Source of the DNA: Bdellovibrionales bacterium | Lineage (GTDB): Bacteria; Bdellovibrionota; Bdellovibrionia; Bdellovibrionales; JAUICD01 | Assembly: GCA_965262715.1 (NCBI GenBank) | Contig: OZ253553.1 | Location: 896,001-960,000 of the forward strand | Direction: 5' to 3' | Length of the DNA: 64,000 nt | Shown here: piece by piece, positions 11,712-21,829 of the stretch | Position numbering within the stretch: position 1 is the first letter of the stretch | How the letters are laid out: each line of letters opens with the position of its first letter | Translations under genes and position numbers: made by a program | The notes under the pieces: model-generated | What the model saw: only the letters and a program-made list of their open reading frames with translations | Database searches by the model: none | What the model was told of the DNA's origin: nothing

Positions 11712-12237
11712 GGTTGTATGGGGCCATGTGTTACTATAACTTCAGGTTGACTAAATAATTTTTGTGATAAATCCAAAATTTGTTGAGTTGTCACTTCATT
11801 GATATGATCGGCATAACTAAAGACTTCTTTATAAGAAATATTATAGATTTCACGGAAGAAAATAGCTGAGCTTAAGGAAGAGTTTTTTTGAAGTGCTATA
11901 TTATAGTGACCTATAAGGTATTTCTTAGCTCTCTCTAATTCTTCTTCTGAGACGAGATGGGTACAAAGTTTTTGAATTTCTATTTTCATCATATCAATTG
12001 CTAATTTTCCTTTATCTGGCTGGCAAGCAATGTAAATAGCAAAAAAACCTGCTTCCTTCCCCATTAGAGAAAAAGGGGTAACCGTGTAAGCTAAAGATGC
12101 CTTATCTCTTAATTCTAAGAACAATCGGCCTGATTGACCTGAAAGAATAGCCTCTAGGACTTCAAGCGCAAATCGGTTTTTATCTCTAAAAGTTAAGCCT
12201 CTATAACCTAATACGATAGATGATTGAGCTTTATCCT
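11702..12237 (-). pseudogene. Duplicated 3' fragment of the M16 peptidase gene
   Basis: Identical to the 3' end of 15285..17999; cut off at the IS boundary. Confidence 0.9.
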
Positions 12238-14157
12238 CCTGACTTCGACGGTTTAAACTTATAAGTTACTGGGATCATTGGATGATACATTACATCATAG
12301 GCACTACAATTGATTTTTAGTTATGTATTAAGTGTATTTTTATTCAATAAGATAAGGTGTTGTAGAGTGCTTAAGTCCCATAATCTGATAGATTTTCAGA
12401 GCTTCCTTACTTATATTTGAAGGTATAGAGTACTTTCTGTTATTGGTTTGATCTACTAATAAACTATGCTGTACATGGATTAAAGCATTTCGTATAACTT
12501 CCGGTGAACAGGATTGGTATTGTATCTTAATTCTGTAAGCTAAGTGTCTTATACAGACTAAACAGATAAAAGCAATGGCTATGTGTGCTTTGATCCGATC
12601 TGATGTCCAGTGAAATATAGGACGTATTTTTAAATCATGCTTAGCTATCCGGAATGTTTCTTCGACTTGCCATAACCCCTTATATTGGCTAATAATGTCT
12701 AAATCATCCATATCTTTGAGGTTTGTTATGACTCCAAACAAACCATCCCACTTTTGATCTTCTTTGACTCGATTTTCATTGACTGAAAGCTTTTGTTTCT
12801 TGCCTGTGACTTTTAAATACTTCTTATAACCGTAATTGTTTAATAAAGTCTTCACATCTTGAGCCTTTGAGAGTTTCTTAACTAAACTATCTATAGTTTG
12901 TTGACGATCATGTCGATCTTTCTCCGCTCTCTTATAAGAATAACAAACTATCACTTTCCTCTTATTATCTTTATCTTCTAATGATTGAATCTTGAAACCT
13001 TCTTGTTTACTGACAATTTTGTACTTTGACTTATCTAATACAAGCTCTTGTTTTACTTTTGGTAATTTCTTAAGCTTAGCTCCTACAATATAATGAAGAT
13101 TCTCATCTTCTAGTGCTTTTAAATTATCTTCACTTAACATTCCTCTATCAGCGACATAAATAGCTTGTTCTAAGTTATATTTAGACTTCATCTCTTTTAT
13201 CACTGGATTTAAGGTATGACCCTCGAAGATAGCACCCGGGAAAGTCTCGTAACTGACAGGAAAACCTTCTTTGGTCACAACGACTGCTAAACACACTTGA
13301 GATTCTTTAAACTTAGCATCTTTACTGTAACCTCTTTGTCTTAAATCATCTTCAATAATTGATTCAAAATACAGTGTCGTACAATCAAAAAACAAAACTT
13401 TCAAAGGCTCTTTAAAAACCTTTTGTGCCACTTGACCTGCCAGTCTCTTTATCTTATCTATCCTTTTGCTATCTAAACGATCCATCATGCGATAAATCTT
13501 CTCTAACGAAATATGAACTCCAAAATCCTCTTCTAAAAATCGACTGCTCTCTCTTTTACTTTGAGGATTAGCTATCCGAGCCATCACTGTATGAAATAAA
13601 ACCCAATGTGATGAATGATAACGACTCACTGGTAAAATGCGATCTAAACCTAATTCCTTGTACATAGCTCCATAAACCTCATGAATACCTACAATGACTC
13701 TTTGATCTTCCCTTAGTTTCTTAAGATCTACTTTTAAGGGTTTATTGCAATGACGAAACTTGGACTCAATCACTTGTTTAGAAATCTCTTCCGGAGCAAA
13801 AAAAGATAATTGATTTTCATTTGTTAGTTTAGCTTTGATGAATTCTCCAAGCTCTTGAAGACGAAATAGCTCATCCTCATCTTGAGCCACTCCGACATGA
13901 CGGATGATCTTTTGGCGAACTTTATTGCCATAACGGATAGAATCAACGATCTGAACTGACTGCCTTGGACTGTTTGGTGTGCTTTTGATTCTTACAAACA
14001 TAAAAATAATTTAATGCTTATTAAAAAAAAAGTCAAAATAAAAATAAAAATAATCTGACTTGGTGTGTTACTAGGCACTACATCGAAAACTTACTCCAAA
14101 ATCCTATAACCATCAATGTTACAAAATCAATACCGAACATAAACCGTCGAAGTCAGG
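12238..14157 (-). mobile_element. IS1634-family insertion sequence, copy 1 (1920 bp)
   Basis: 18-bp perfect TIR CCTGACTTCGACGGTTTA; DDE transposase; second copy at 28107..30026. Confidence 0.93.
12340..14001 (-). CDS. IS1634-family DDE transposase
   Basis: Motifs FFDCTTLYFE, GYSKD, VADRGM, WQVEETFR, RPIFHW. Confidence 0.93.
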   Translation of the reverse strand: MFVRIKSTPNSPRQSVQIVDSIRYGNKVRQKIIRHVGVAQDEDELFRLQELGEFIKAKLTNENQLSFFAPEEISKQVIESKFRHCNKPLKVDLKKLREDQRVIVGIHEVYGAMYKELGLDRILPVSRYHSSHWVLFHTVMARIANPQSKRESSRFLEEDFGVHISLEKIYRMMDRLDSKRIDKIKRLAGQVAQKVFKEPLKVLFFDCTTLYFESIIEDDLRQRGYSKDAKFKESQVCLAVVVTKEGFPVSYETFPGAIFEGHTLNPVIKEMKSKYNLEQAIYVADRGMLSEDNLKALEDENLHYIVGAKLKKLPKVKQELVLDKSKYKIVSKQEGFKIQSLEDKDNKRKVIVCYSYKRAEKDRHDRQQTIDSLVKKLSKAQDVKTLLNNYGYKKYLKVTGKKQKLSVNENRVKEDQKWDGLFGVITNLKDMDDLDIISQYKGLWQVEETFRIAKHDLKIRPIFHWTSDRIKAHIAIAFICLVCIRHLAYRIKIQYQSCSPEVIRNALIHVQHSLLVDQTNNRKYSIPSNISKEALKIYQIMGLKHSTTPYLIE

Positions 14158-14583
14158 ATTAACTTTGAGGATCAAGTCAGTTTAGGGTTTCAATCCAACG
14201 ATTATTTGAAGGATATAGAGGAAGGACAGCAAACCTTATTAAATACTAGAGCTTTTAAATTTTATACTTATTATAGTCGGATCAAACAGCAAGTACAGGC
14301 ATCATGGAAGTTAATGATAAAAAAAGAAGTAAGAAAACTCTTACTTCAGCAAAGGGAAAGTATTTTAGGAGCTGAACAGAAAACAAGTCTGCTTATTACT
14401 CTTGATCGTTTTGGAGCTTTAGTGAGTGTTCAAGTCTTAAAAAAATCACATCTTGCTACTTTAGATCATATCGCTGTAAAAAGCTTCCAACTTACAGCTC
14501 CTTTTCCGCATCCTCCAAAAAGCCTTATAGGGGAAAAAGAATTCCTTCAAATTCGTTGGGATTTTATTTTGGAAAATGTATAA
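14158..14583 (+). pseudogene. Duplicated 3' fragment of the TonB-family gene
   Basis: Identical to the C-terminal part of 10053..11000; lacks the TM anchor. Confidence 0.88.
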
Positions 14584-14604
14584 AGAATGCTTTTTCTTGA
14601 AGTA

Positions 14605-15294
14605 TCAATAGGCTCCGGATTGAATCAGGAGAAACTTTTTATATAAGATCACTGCCGCCCAAACAAATGAAAGACAAATAAAAAAAATTCCTAAATAACC
14701 TACAAAAAAGGCTATTTTATCATGGTACTGCATGCTATCAAACTTTGTTAAAAGATAGTGCCAATCATGAACATCTGGATTTTCCTGTCCTATTATTCCT
14801 CCAAGTAGAGGCAGTTTTTTATCCCATGCATCATAAATGTAAGGGGCAACGTCTAAAAAGTTGTACCCAATCCACCACAAGCCAACTGAAGCTCCAAAAT
14901 TATCTCTCTGCCTCAAAAACTGAATCATGACAGCCGAGGGCATAAGGCATTGCATAAGACTTCCTCCAAAGGCATGCATGGTATTTCCTAGAGGTCTAAA
15001 AATCCAATGTCCTGCTTCATGGAAGATCAAATTGACATTATGGAGGAAGTAGTCCGTCATGGAATTATTATAAGGGTCTTTATTAAAATCTATCTCGTCA
15101 AAAAAGCTAGTACCTATAAAAAACAAGGCGATGTAGAGTAAACAGTGAAAAGAAAAAGCAAGAGAACCAACTTCTCTCTCTTCTACAAAGAATACCCAAT
15201 TAAAAAAGCTTTGAATAAAGCTCTCTTGTTTTTTAAAAACCTCTTGTTTCTTAAGAGCAGGTGTTATTTTGTATATTCTTCGTCTTAATGCCAC
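14605..15294 (-). CDS. Membrane HExxH protein (duplicate copy 2)
   Basis: Identical translation to 11022..11711. Confidence 0.7.
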   Translation of the reverse strand: MALRRRIYKITPALKKQEVFKKQESFIQSFFNWVFFVEEREVGSLAFSFHCLLYIALFFIGTSFFDEIDFNKDPYNNSMTDYFLHNVNLIFHEAGHWIFRPLGNTMHAFGGSLMQCLMPSAVMIQFLRQRDNFGASVGLWWIGYNFLDVAPYIYDAWDKKLPLLGGIIGQENPDVHDWHYLLTKFDSMQYHDKIAFFVGYLGIFFICLSFVWAAVILYKKFLLIQSGAY

Positions 15295-17999
15295 GGTTGT
15301 ATGGGGCCATGTGTTACTATAACTTCAGGTTGACTAAATAATTTTTGTGATAAATCCAAAATTTGTTGAGTTGTCACTTCATTGATATGATCGGCATAAC
15401 TAAAGACTTCTTTATAAGAAATATTATAGATTTCACGGAAGAAAATAGCTGAGCTTAAGGAAGAGTTTTTTTGAAGTGCTATATTATAGTGACCTATAAG
15501 GTATTTCTTAGCTCTCTCTAATTCTTCTTCTGAGACGAGATGGGTACAAAGTTTTTGAATTTCTATTTTCATCATATCAATTGCTAATTTTCCTTTATCT
15601 GGCTGGCAAGCAATGTAAATAGCAAAAAAACCTGCTTCCTTCCCCATTAGAGAAAAAGGGGTAACCGTGTAAGCTAAAGATGCCTTATCTCTTAATTCTA
15701 AGAACAATCGGCCTGATTGACCTGAAAGAATAGCCTCTAGGACTTCAAGCGCAAATCGGTTTTTATCTCTAAAAGTTAAGCCTCTATAACCTAATACGAT
15801 AGATGATTGAGCTTTATCCTTCATCTCATAGAAATAAGTTATTCCCTGAGTCAGTGGTTTTAATAAAGGATAAGGTGTATCTGAGAATTTGCTAAAAGAA
15901 AAGGACTCTATCAGATTTGTAAAAGTTTCTTGTATTTGCTCAAAATCGCAATCTCCAACAATAGATATGACCATTCTTTGAGGGTTCATTACCTTTTTCC
16001 AATAAGAAAGCAAGTCTTCTTGATGGACAATATCCAATGAATCGTTTGTGCCAAGCGGGTCTTTTGCATAAGGATGCCCTTTAAACAATATCTCTTTAAA
16101 AGATCTTATGGTCATCTTTAGAGGAGAGTCTTTGCGTTGAGCCAGCTTTTCTTTCATGGCCATTTTCTCCCTTTCTATAATTTCTTTTAAGAAGAGAGGT
16201 GACTTCAATACACTTTTTAAAAGAATTAAGCTTTGATCTAAAGAAGATGAAAGAGTTGTTAAACTCAAACCCAATGTATGTCTTCCTGAAAAAGCACTTA
16301 AAAAAGAGGCTAATTCATCAAGTTTTTGTTTTAGAAGACCTTCTGGATATTCAGAGGTGCCACAGGACCAAGACCTTCTAGTTAACTCAGAAATACCAAT
16401 AAATGCATCTGGCTCCACAATAGCTCCACCACCTTCAAAGCCTAAATCCAAACTCACAGTAGGTGTTTGAGTGGATTTGTAAACATACATTCTAGCACCT
16501 AATGGCAATTTTATTTCTTTTATCTCTGGCAAGGGTTTTTGTGAGACTTTTGGTGTGACTTTCTTCAAGTCATCATTATGGGCTTTATGATTTAGTGATG
16601 AAAAAAATTCTTTTTCATAGTGTTCAGCCCAATTTTCTAACTTAGTTTTAAGACTTTCTTGAGGGGTATTTTTGGTCATTACACAAAGTGACATATTTTC
16701 AGGAGATAAATATTTTTTAGTAACGTCAATAATATCTTTAATTTTTAACTGGTCAAGCTGGTTAAGGTGCTTTTTCCAACAATCAGGATCGTTCCATAGA
16801 GTTTCATAAAAGCCATATTTTTCTGAAAGGCCATCAACTGTTTCCATGTCATAATATTGATCGCTTTTTATCATGGTGATAGCTTTTTGAAGTTCCTTTA
16901 AAGGTGGATTTTTGGTAAAAAAAGATAACAATTCTTTTGCGAGGCTCTCAAGAGTGATATCGATCTTATCTTCAGAAAGCTGGCAAGAGATAATAAAAAC
17001 TCCACTATCTCTAAGGACATAGGTGTAAGAGCTTACAGAATTGACATAAAGGTTTTGCATTCTTAGTTCTTTATATAATCGAGAACTGTGACCTTGTCCC
17101 ATTATCACAGAAAGGGCTTCCAAAGCTGGTAAGTCATTCCGAAATGAAGATAATCTCCATGCTAAATGGATATGTGCTTCTTCAAATGAGGTTTTTTGAA
17201 CACCAATATTTTTTACTTTTTGAAAGTGAGTAACTTTTTTTTGTAAAGATGTGTGTTTTTTTAAAGCATTAAAGTAATGGTGAATGGAAGATTTAATTTG
17301 AGAAGCTTGAAAGTCACCTGAAATAACAAGAGTCATATTTTGAGGATAATAGTGATCTTGATAGTATTTTTTAATTTGCTCTGGAGTAAAATTTTTAATA
17401 TTCTCCTCATAACCTAAAATAGGATGTCCATAAGGATGTTTAGGATAAATTTTAGAGAAAAGGAGATCAGCTGATTGGCTGTGGGGGTTGTCTTTTGCTC
17501 TTTTTATCTCTTCAATAACAACCTGTCTCTCATCATCAATACTTTTTGCATTAAATTTAGGAAAAATAATCATTTGGCTTAAAGCATCGAAGGCTATTTG
17601 AGTGTAATGACTTGCAATTGTGATATAAAAAACAGTGTGGTCAAAGGAGGTGTAGGCATTAAGCCCTCCTCCTGCTGCTTCAATGAGATTTGCAACTTCT
17701 CCTACCTGGAACTTATCTGTTTCTTTAAAGAGAAGATGCTCAATAAAATGAGTTATACCCTCCTGTCCTCTTTGCTCATCTACGCTACCTGTTTTGACCC
17801 AAATTTGAGCAGATATAACAGGCGATTTGTGGCTCTCAATTAAAAGCACATTTAGGTTATTTGAGAGTTGATATTTTTCATGAGTTAAATTATAAGGATT
17901 TATGCCATCTTCTTTAAAATTTTCTAGCAACGGTGAAGCTGAATATCTTGATAGTTCACCTTCTTTACCTCTTGCAAATGATTGTTTTGGCTTATACAT
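15285..17999 (-). CDS. M16 family (pitrilysin/PqqL-like) zinc peptidase; true start may be a TTG near 17930
   Basis: HFIEH (HxxEH) motif, LNAYTSFDHTVF, two-module architecture. Confidence 0.92.
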   Translation of the reverse strand: MYKPKQSFARGKEGELSRYSASPLLENFKEDGINPYNLTHEKYQLSNNLNVLLIESHKSPVISAQIWVKTGSVDEQRGQEGITHFIEHLLFKETDKFQVGEVANLIEAAGGGLNAYTSFDHTVFYITIASHYTQIAFDALSQMIIFPKFNAKSIDDERQVVIEEIKRAKDNPHSQSADLLFSKIYPKHPYGHPILGYEENIKNFTPEQIKKYYQDHYYPQNMTLVISGDFQASQIKSSIHHYFNALKKHTSLQKKVTHFQKVKNIGVQKTSFEEAHIHLAWRLSSFRNDLPALEALSVIMGQGHSSRLYKELRMQNLYVNSVSSYTYVLRDSGVFIISCQLSEDKIDITLESLAKELLSFFTKNPPLKELQKAITMIKSDQYYDMETVDGLSEKYGFYETLWNDPDCWKKHLNQLDQLKIKDIIDVTKKYLSPENMSLCVMTKNTPQESLKTKLENWAEHYEKEFFSSLNHKAHNDDLKKVTPKVSQKPLPEIKEIKLPLGARMYVYKSTQTPTVSLDLGFEGGGAIVEPDAFIGISELTRRSWSCGTSEYPEGLLKQKLDELASFLSAFSGRHTLGLSLTTLSSSLDQSLILLKSVLKSPLFLKEIIEREKMAMKEKLAQRKDSPLKMTIRSFKEILFKGHPYAKDPLGTNDSLDIVHQEDLLSYWKKVMNPQRMVISIVGDCDFEQIQETFTNLIESFSFSKFSDTPYPLLKPLTQGITYFYEMKDKAQSSIVLGYRGLTFRDKNRFALEVLEAILSGQSGRLFLELRDKASLAYTVTPFSLMGKEAGFFAIYIACQPDKGKLAIDMMKIEIQKLCTHLVSEEELERAKKYLIGHYNIALQKNSSLSSAIFFREIYNISYKEVFSYADHINEVTTQQILDLSQKLFSQPEVIVTHGPIQPWH

Positions 18000-19188
18000 T
18001 CACATCCCCTTTTGTATTCAACTCTGTCCCTACTGCTCTTTTGCAAAATATAAGATTGGAACCACTCTTTCTAAAAAAGATTATCTGACTCTTTTAAAAA
18101 AAGAAATCCAATATATAGCTTATCATTTCAACAAAAAAAAACCTACATCTATTTACTTTGGTGGAGGAACTCCTAGTATTCTAAAAGCTAAAGAGATTGT
18201 AGGTCTCATCTTAGAATTAAAGAAGGCAGGGTTTGACCTCAACCAGGTCAAAGAAATCACCGTAGAGGTAGACCCTAAAACAATGGATGATATAGAAGGT
18301 TTATCTATTCTAAAGGCAGGAGGAGTCAATCGTATCAGTTTAGGAGTGCAAAGTTGTAATGATAAATTTTTGGCCCAAATAGGGCGTATTCATAGATCTA
18401 TTGATATTCAAAAAACTATAGATGCTTTGCACAAACATCACCTCTCTTTTTCCATGGACTTACTCTTTGGGTTGCCAAATCAAACACTTCATGATTTAAA
18501 AAAAGACCTCAAAGACTTCATGGAATATTCACCTTGTCATATCAGTGCTTACCTTTTAGAAGTACCAACTCATAATAAACTCTATCTTAAACAACCTAGT
18601 GAGGGGAAACAAGTGGAAATGTTTGAATTTATTGAAGAAATTCTAACAATAAACAGCTTTAACCGCTATGAAATTTCAAACTATGCTAAGGTTAAACATG
18701 AAAGCCAACATAATTTGCTTTATTGGAATGACTGTTCTTACTTGGGCTTAGGACTTGGAGCTCATTCTTATTTAAAGTTTCCTGATGCGATTTTCAAATG
18801 GGGAATGCGATTTTGGAACCCAAGAGTTATGTCTAGATATAAAACTTGGGTTGAAGGTTTAAATTTTAAGACAAACTTCTATAAAACTAGGCAAGATAAA
18901 GAAAAGGAAGAACTAAGAATATATCAGTCTTTAACTGACTTTTGTCACACTCAATTGAGAAAGACAAAAGGATTAAGTTATCAAAGCCTTTTGGATAAAT
19001 ATAATAAAAAAGTAGGACAAATAGTTCTAAAAAGATCCAGGTTATTAGAGCAAAGAGGTCTTCTTTCTGTTTATAAATTGAAACATGACCTTATCTTGGT
19101 CTTATCTAAAAAAGGAAGGATATTATCAAACCTTGTATTCCAAGAACTCACTTTTCTAAAAGAAGAATGTCTAGATATAGAAGAATAA
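17902..19188 (+). CDS. hemW: Radical SAM heme chaperone HemW
   Basis: YIHIPFC..LCPYCSF, YFGGGTPS, YEISNY, HNLLYW; lies upstream of grpE. Confidence 0.88.
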   Translation: MPSSLKFSSNGEAEYLDSSPSLPLANDCFGLYIHIPFCIQLCPYCSFAKYKIGTTLSKKDYLTLLKKEIQYIAYHFNKKKPTSIYFGGGTPSILKAKEIVGLILELKKAGFDLNQVKEITVEVDPKTMDDIEGLSILKAGGVNRISLGVQSCNDKFLAQIGRIHRSIDIQKTIDALHKHHLSFSMDLLFGLPNQTLHDLKKDLKDFMEYSPCHISAYLLEVPTHNKLYLKQPSEGKQVEMFEFIEEILTINSFNRYEISNYAKVKHESQHNLLYWNDCSYLGLGLGAHSYLKFPDAIFKWGMRFWNPRVMSRYKTWVEGLNFKTNFYKTRQDKEKEELRIYQSLTDFCHTQLRKTKGLSYQSLLDKYNKKVGQIVLKRSRLLEQRGLLSVYKLKHDLILVLSKKGRILSNLVFQELTFLKEECLDIEE

Positions 19189-19306
19189 ATATTGACTCAT
19201 AGTTTAGCACTTATATATTAAATTTGAGTTAGATTTTGAATATGTTGTACAAATAATGTATTATAGATACTATAGGTCATTATATGCAATTATCTAGTGA
19301 GAAAGG

Positions 19307-20047
19307 TTGATGGATATGTCTTATCAGGCAAAAGGTGCAACGCAACAAGATGCTCCAAAACCTAAGACCAAAAATACAAGTTCTCGATCAACAGTTGATC
19401 AGGAATCACAGTCTTATGCTATAAAAAGACATGCAAAATCAAAAACAAAATCACCTACCCATAAGCCTCAGAAAAAATTGCACCAAAAAATACAAGAAAA
19501 ACTAGCGCATAAACTAGTATCAAAAGCAAAACAGAAAAGACAGCCATCAGTTCATTTAGTTGAAATTGAAAAATATAAAAAAGAATTAGAACAGTACAAA
19601 AAAGATTTTTTATATTTAAAGGCAGAATTTGACAATTATAAGAAAAGAACATTGTATGAACGATCCGAGTTGCAAAAGTATGCTTCAGAGTTTTTAGCTA
19701 TAGAAATATTAGAGGTGGTTGATATATTTGAGAGGGCACTGTCTTTTAAGATAGACTCTCAAAATATTCAAAGTTTTGCTGATGGGATAAAGATGGTCTA
19801 TTCATCTTTTTTAAATGCTCTTGAAAAACAAGGAATAGAAGAAATATCTATTTTAGGTAAAGCTTTTGATCCAAATTTATGTAATGCTTTAAGCAAAGAG
19901 TCAACTAACAGTGTTCCTCCTGAGCACATCAGCCAGGTGATTAAAAAATGTTATAAACTGCATGATAAAATTATTCGTTTTGGACAAGTTATTGTAGCTC
20001 AGAAACCCTTGGAGGATTCATCTCAACAAAAAGGATCTTCTTGCTAA
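19307..20047 (+). CDS. grpE: Nucleotide exchange factor GrpE
   Basis: AEFDNYKKR, FDPN, and YKLHDKIIR motifs. Confidence 0.9.
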   Translation: MMDMSYQAKGATQQDAPKPKTKNTSSRSTVDQESQSYAIKRHAKSKTKSPTHKPQKKLHQKIQEKLAHKLVSKAKQKRQPSVHLVEIEKYKKELEQYKKDFLYLKAEFDNYKKRTLYERSELQKYASEFLAIEILEVVDIFERALSFKIDSQNIQSFADGIKMVYSSFLNALEKQGIEEISILGKAFDPNLCNALSKESTNSVPPEHISQVIKKCYKLHDKIIRFGQVIVAQKPLEDSSQQKGSSC

Positions 20048-20069
20048 ATAAATATGGTGACATCTTGAA

Positions 20070-21065
20070 ATGAAAGACCATTATAAGACTTTAAATATCC
20101 CCTCTGACTCTAATATAACAGAGATTAAAAAAGCTTATCGTAAATTAGCTCATAAATATCATCCTGATAAAAACGCAACTCACAATAAAAAGGTAGCAGA
20201 AAATCTCTTTTTGCAAATCACTGAAGCATACAAAACACTTCTTAACCCTTTATTAAAGCGTGAATATGATGAGACATACCGCAAACATCAAAAAAAGACT
20301 CAAACAAACTCATCTCAAGTAAAATCTAAAGTATCAAACAAACAGACAACAAAGGTTAAAAAAGAAAAAGAGGGTAAGGAAAACTCTTCTCTACAAGACT
20401 TGATCAAGAATGTTTTTGTTAACAATGTAGAAGAAGAAACTATAACACAAACTCAACAGACGGAAACAAAGGTAACTAAAAAATTTGAACGTGGTCGCCA
20501 TCTCAAATATCAGTTAAATTTAACTTACGAAGATATATGTGATGGTTGTGAGAAAACAATTACTTTTATCAGAAAACGTAAGTCAAAAAATGAATCTGCC
20601 AAATTAAAAATCAAAGTACCTCCTGGAATAACAAAAGGAAAGCAGTTAAGATTAAAAAAAGAAGGTGATGAGGGAGAGAAGGGTTATGGAGACTTACTGG
20701 TTGTAGTCAATGTACTTCAACACCAGCTTTTTAGAAAAGAAAACCTTAATGCTCATTTGGATTTATCTATCACCTATCAGCAAGCTGTGATGGGAGATAA
20801 AATTATCATCCCTACTCTTAGAGGAGTTCATTATTTGACTATTCCTTCTGGCACAACATCTGATACTGTTTTACCTATAAATAAAGAAGGTTTTAAGTCA
20901 TCAGATAGTTCAATTGGAAACCTTCTTGTTAATATCCAGATTGATGTTCCTAAAAATCTTTCTCCTATCTCCAAACAAAAATTAAAAGAATTTAATGAAA
21001 CTATTATGCACAAATTACCTATTTCATTTCAAAAAGTTTTAGCAGAACGCATGAAAAAACAATAG
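20070..21065 (+). CDS. DnaJ/CbpA-like co-chaperone without zinc finger
   Basis: N-terminal J domain with HPD; DnaJ C-terminal domain (GDLLV, IPSGT). Confidence 0.88.
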   Translation: MKDHYKTLNIPSDSNITEIKKAYRKLAHKYHPDKNATHNKKVAENLFLQITEAYKTLLNPLLKREYDETYRKHQKKTQTNSSQVKSKVSNKQTTKVKKEKEGKENSSLQDLIKNVFVNNVEEETITQTQQTETKVTKKFERGRHLKYQLNLTYEDICDGCEKTITFIRKRKSKNESAKLKIKVPPGITKGKQLRLKKEGDEGEKGYGDLLVVVNVLQHQLFRKENLNAHLDLSITYQQAVMGDKIIIPTLRGVHYLTIPSGTTSDTVLPINKEGFKSSDSSIGNLLVNIQIDVPKNLSPISKQKLKEFNETIMHKLPISFQKVLAERMKKQ

Positions 21066-21225
21066 TGTTTTTAGAAGCTATCTCAAAAATACATGATAGC
21101 AGTAAATAATACGAAATTGTAAAATACAAAACATAACTAAAATGGACAGACTTGACGGATAATGGCTTGAGGTATGTTTGAGGTGGCTTTTAACAATATA
21201 AGGATAAAATATCAAAGGATGTTTT

Positions 21226-21765
21226 ATGTTTGAATTAGTTTTTTATAGGACATTTGAAGCTGGTCACAGACTTATTGAAGGAGAAAATAGAAAAACATTT
21301 TGTACTCAGCCCCATGGGCACACTTGGAGTGTCAAAGTTTATTTATCTTGCTTGGAAAAGAAAACCTTGGACAATAAAGAAAATACCTTGGTTGTTTTTG
21401 CAAATATCAAAACAAAGTGGCACACATGGCTGGATAATCACATTGATCACTCTTTTATTTTCAATGGTAGAGATCCTCTCCTTCAGTTTATGATTGAAGA
21501 TCATCCTGGTGGACGACATGTTGTTGTTCCTGGTGATCCTACAACAGAAATGTTGGCAGTTGTATTCAAGGCAAAATTAGACACGTTTTTAAAAAACTCA
21601 TCTTTTAATGAGCTGCATTTTATTTGTCACCGTCTTATACTGAATGAAACAAAAACCAATGGCATTATTTTTTCAGGACATCCTCAAGATCACCTTCCTC
21701 TTCAAAAGAATGAAAAAAAAGACTGGTGGTTTAGAAATGATTTTAGTACAAATAATCTTTCCTAA
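21226..21765 (+). CDS. queD: 6-carboxytetrahydropterin/6-pyruvoyltetrahydropterin synthase (QueD/PTPS family)
   Basis: FEAGHRL, CxxxHGH, DH, PTTE and ET motifs. Confidence 0.8.
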   Translation: MFELVFYRTFEAGHRLIEGENRKTFCTQPHGHTWSVKVYLSCLEKKTLDNKENTLVVFANIKTKWHTWLDNHIDHSFIFNGRDPLLQFMIEDHPGGRHVVVPGDPTTEMLAVVFKAKLDTFLKNSSFNELHFICHRLILNETKTNGIIFSGHPQDHLPLQKNEKKDWWFRNDFSTNNLS

Positions 21766-21829
21766 TCTATCCCTTATTTATATATTTTTTCTTTTGTATG
21801 GTATATTATAATGTAAGAAGGGGTCTTAT

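Larger units (their letters stand above)
10575..12237. repeat. Left copy of the 1663-bp direct repeat flanking IS1634-like copy 1
   Basis: Begins attaactttgagg and ends gagctttatcct; recurs at 14158..15820; encoded ORFs are identical. Confidence 0.97.
14158..15820. repeat. Right copy of the 1663-bp direct repeat flanking IS1634-like copy 1
   Basis: Starts immediately after the TIR; offset from the left copy is 3583 = 1663+1920. Confidence 0.97.

Noticed and set aside
19204..19230. CIRCE operator upstream of grpE
   Set aside because: Only the left half-site TTAGCACT is present, with no GAGTGCTAA at the 9-bp spacing
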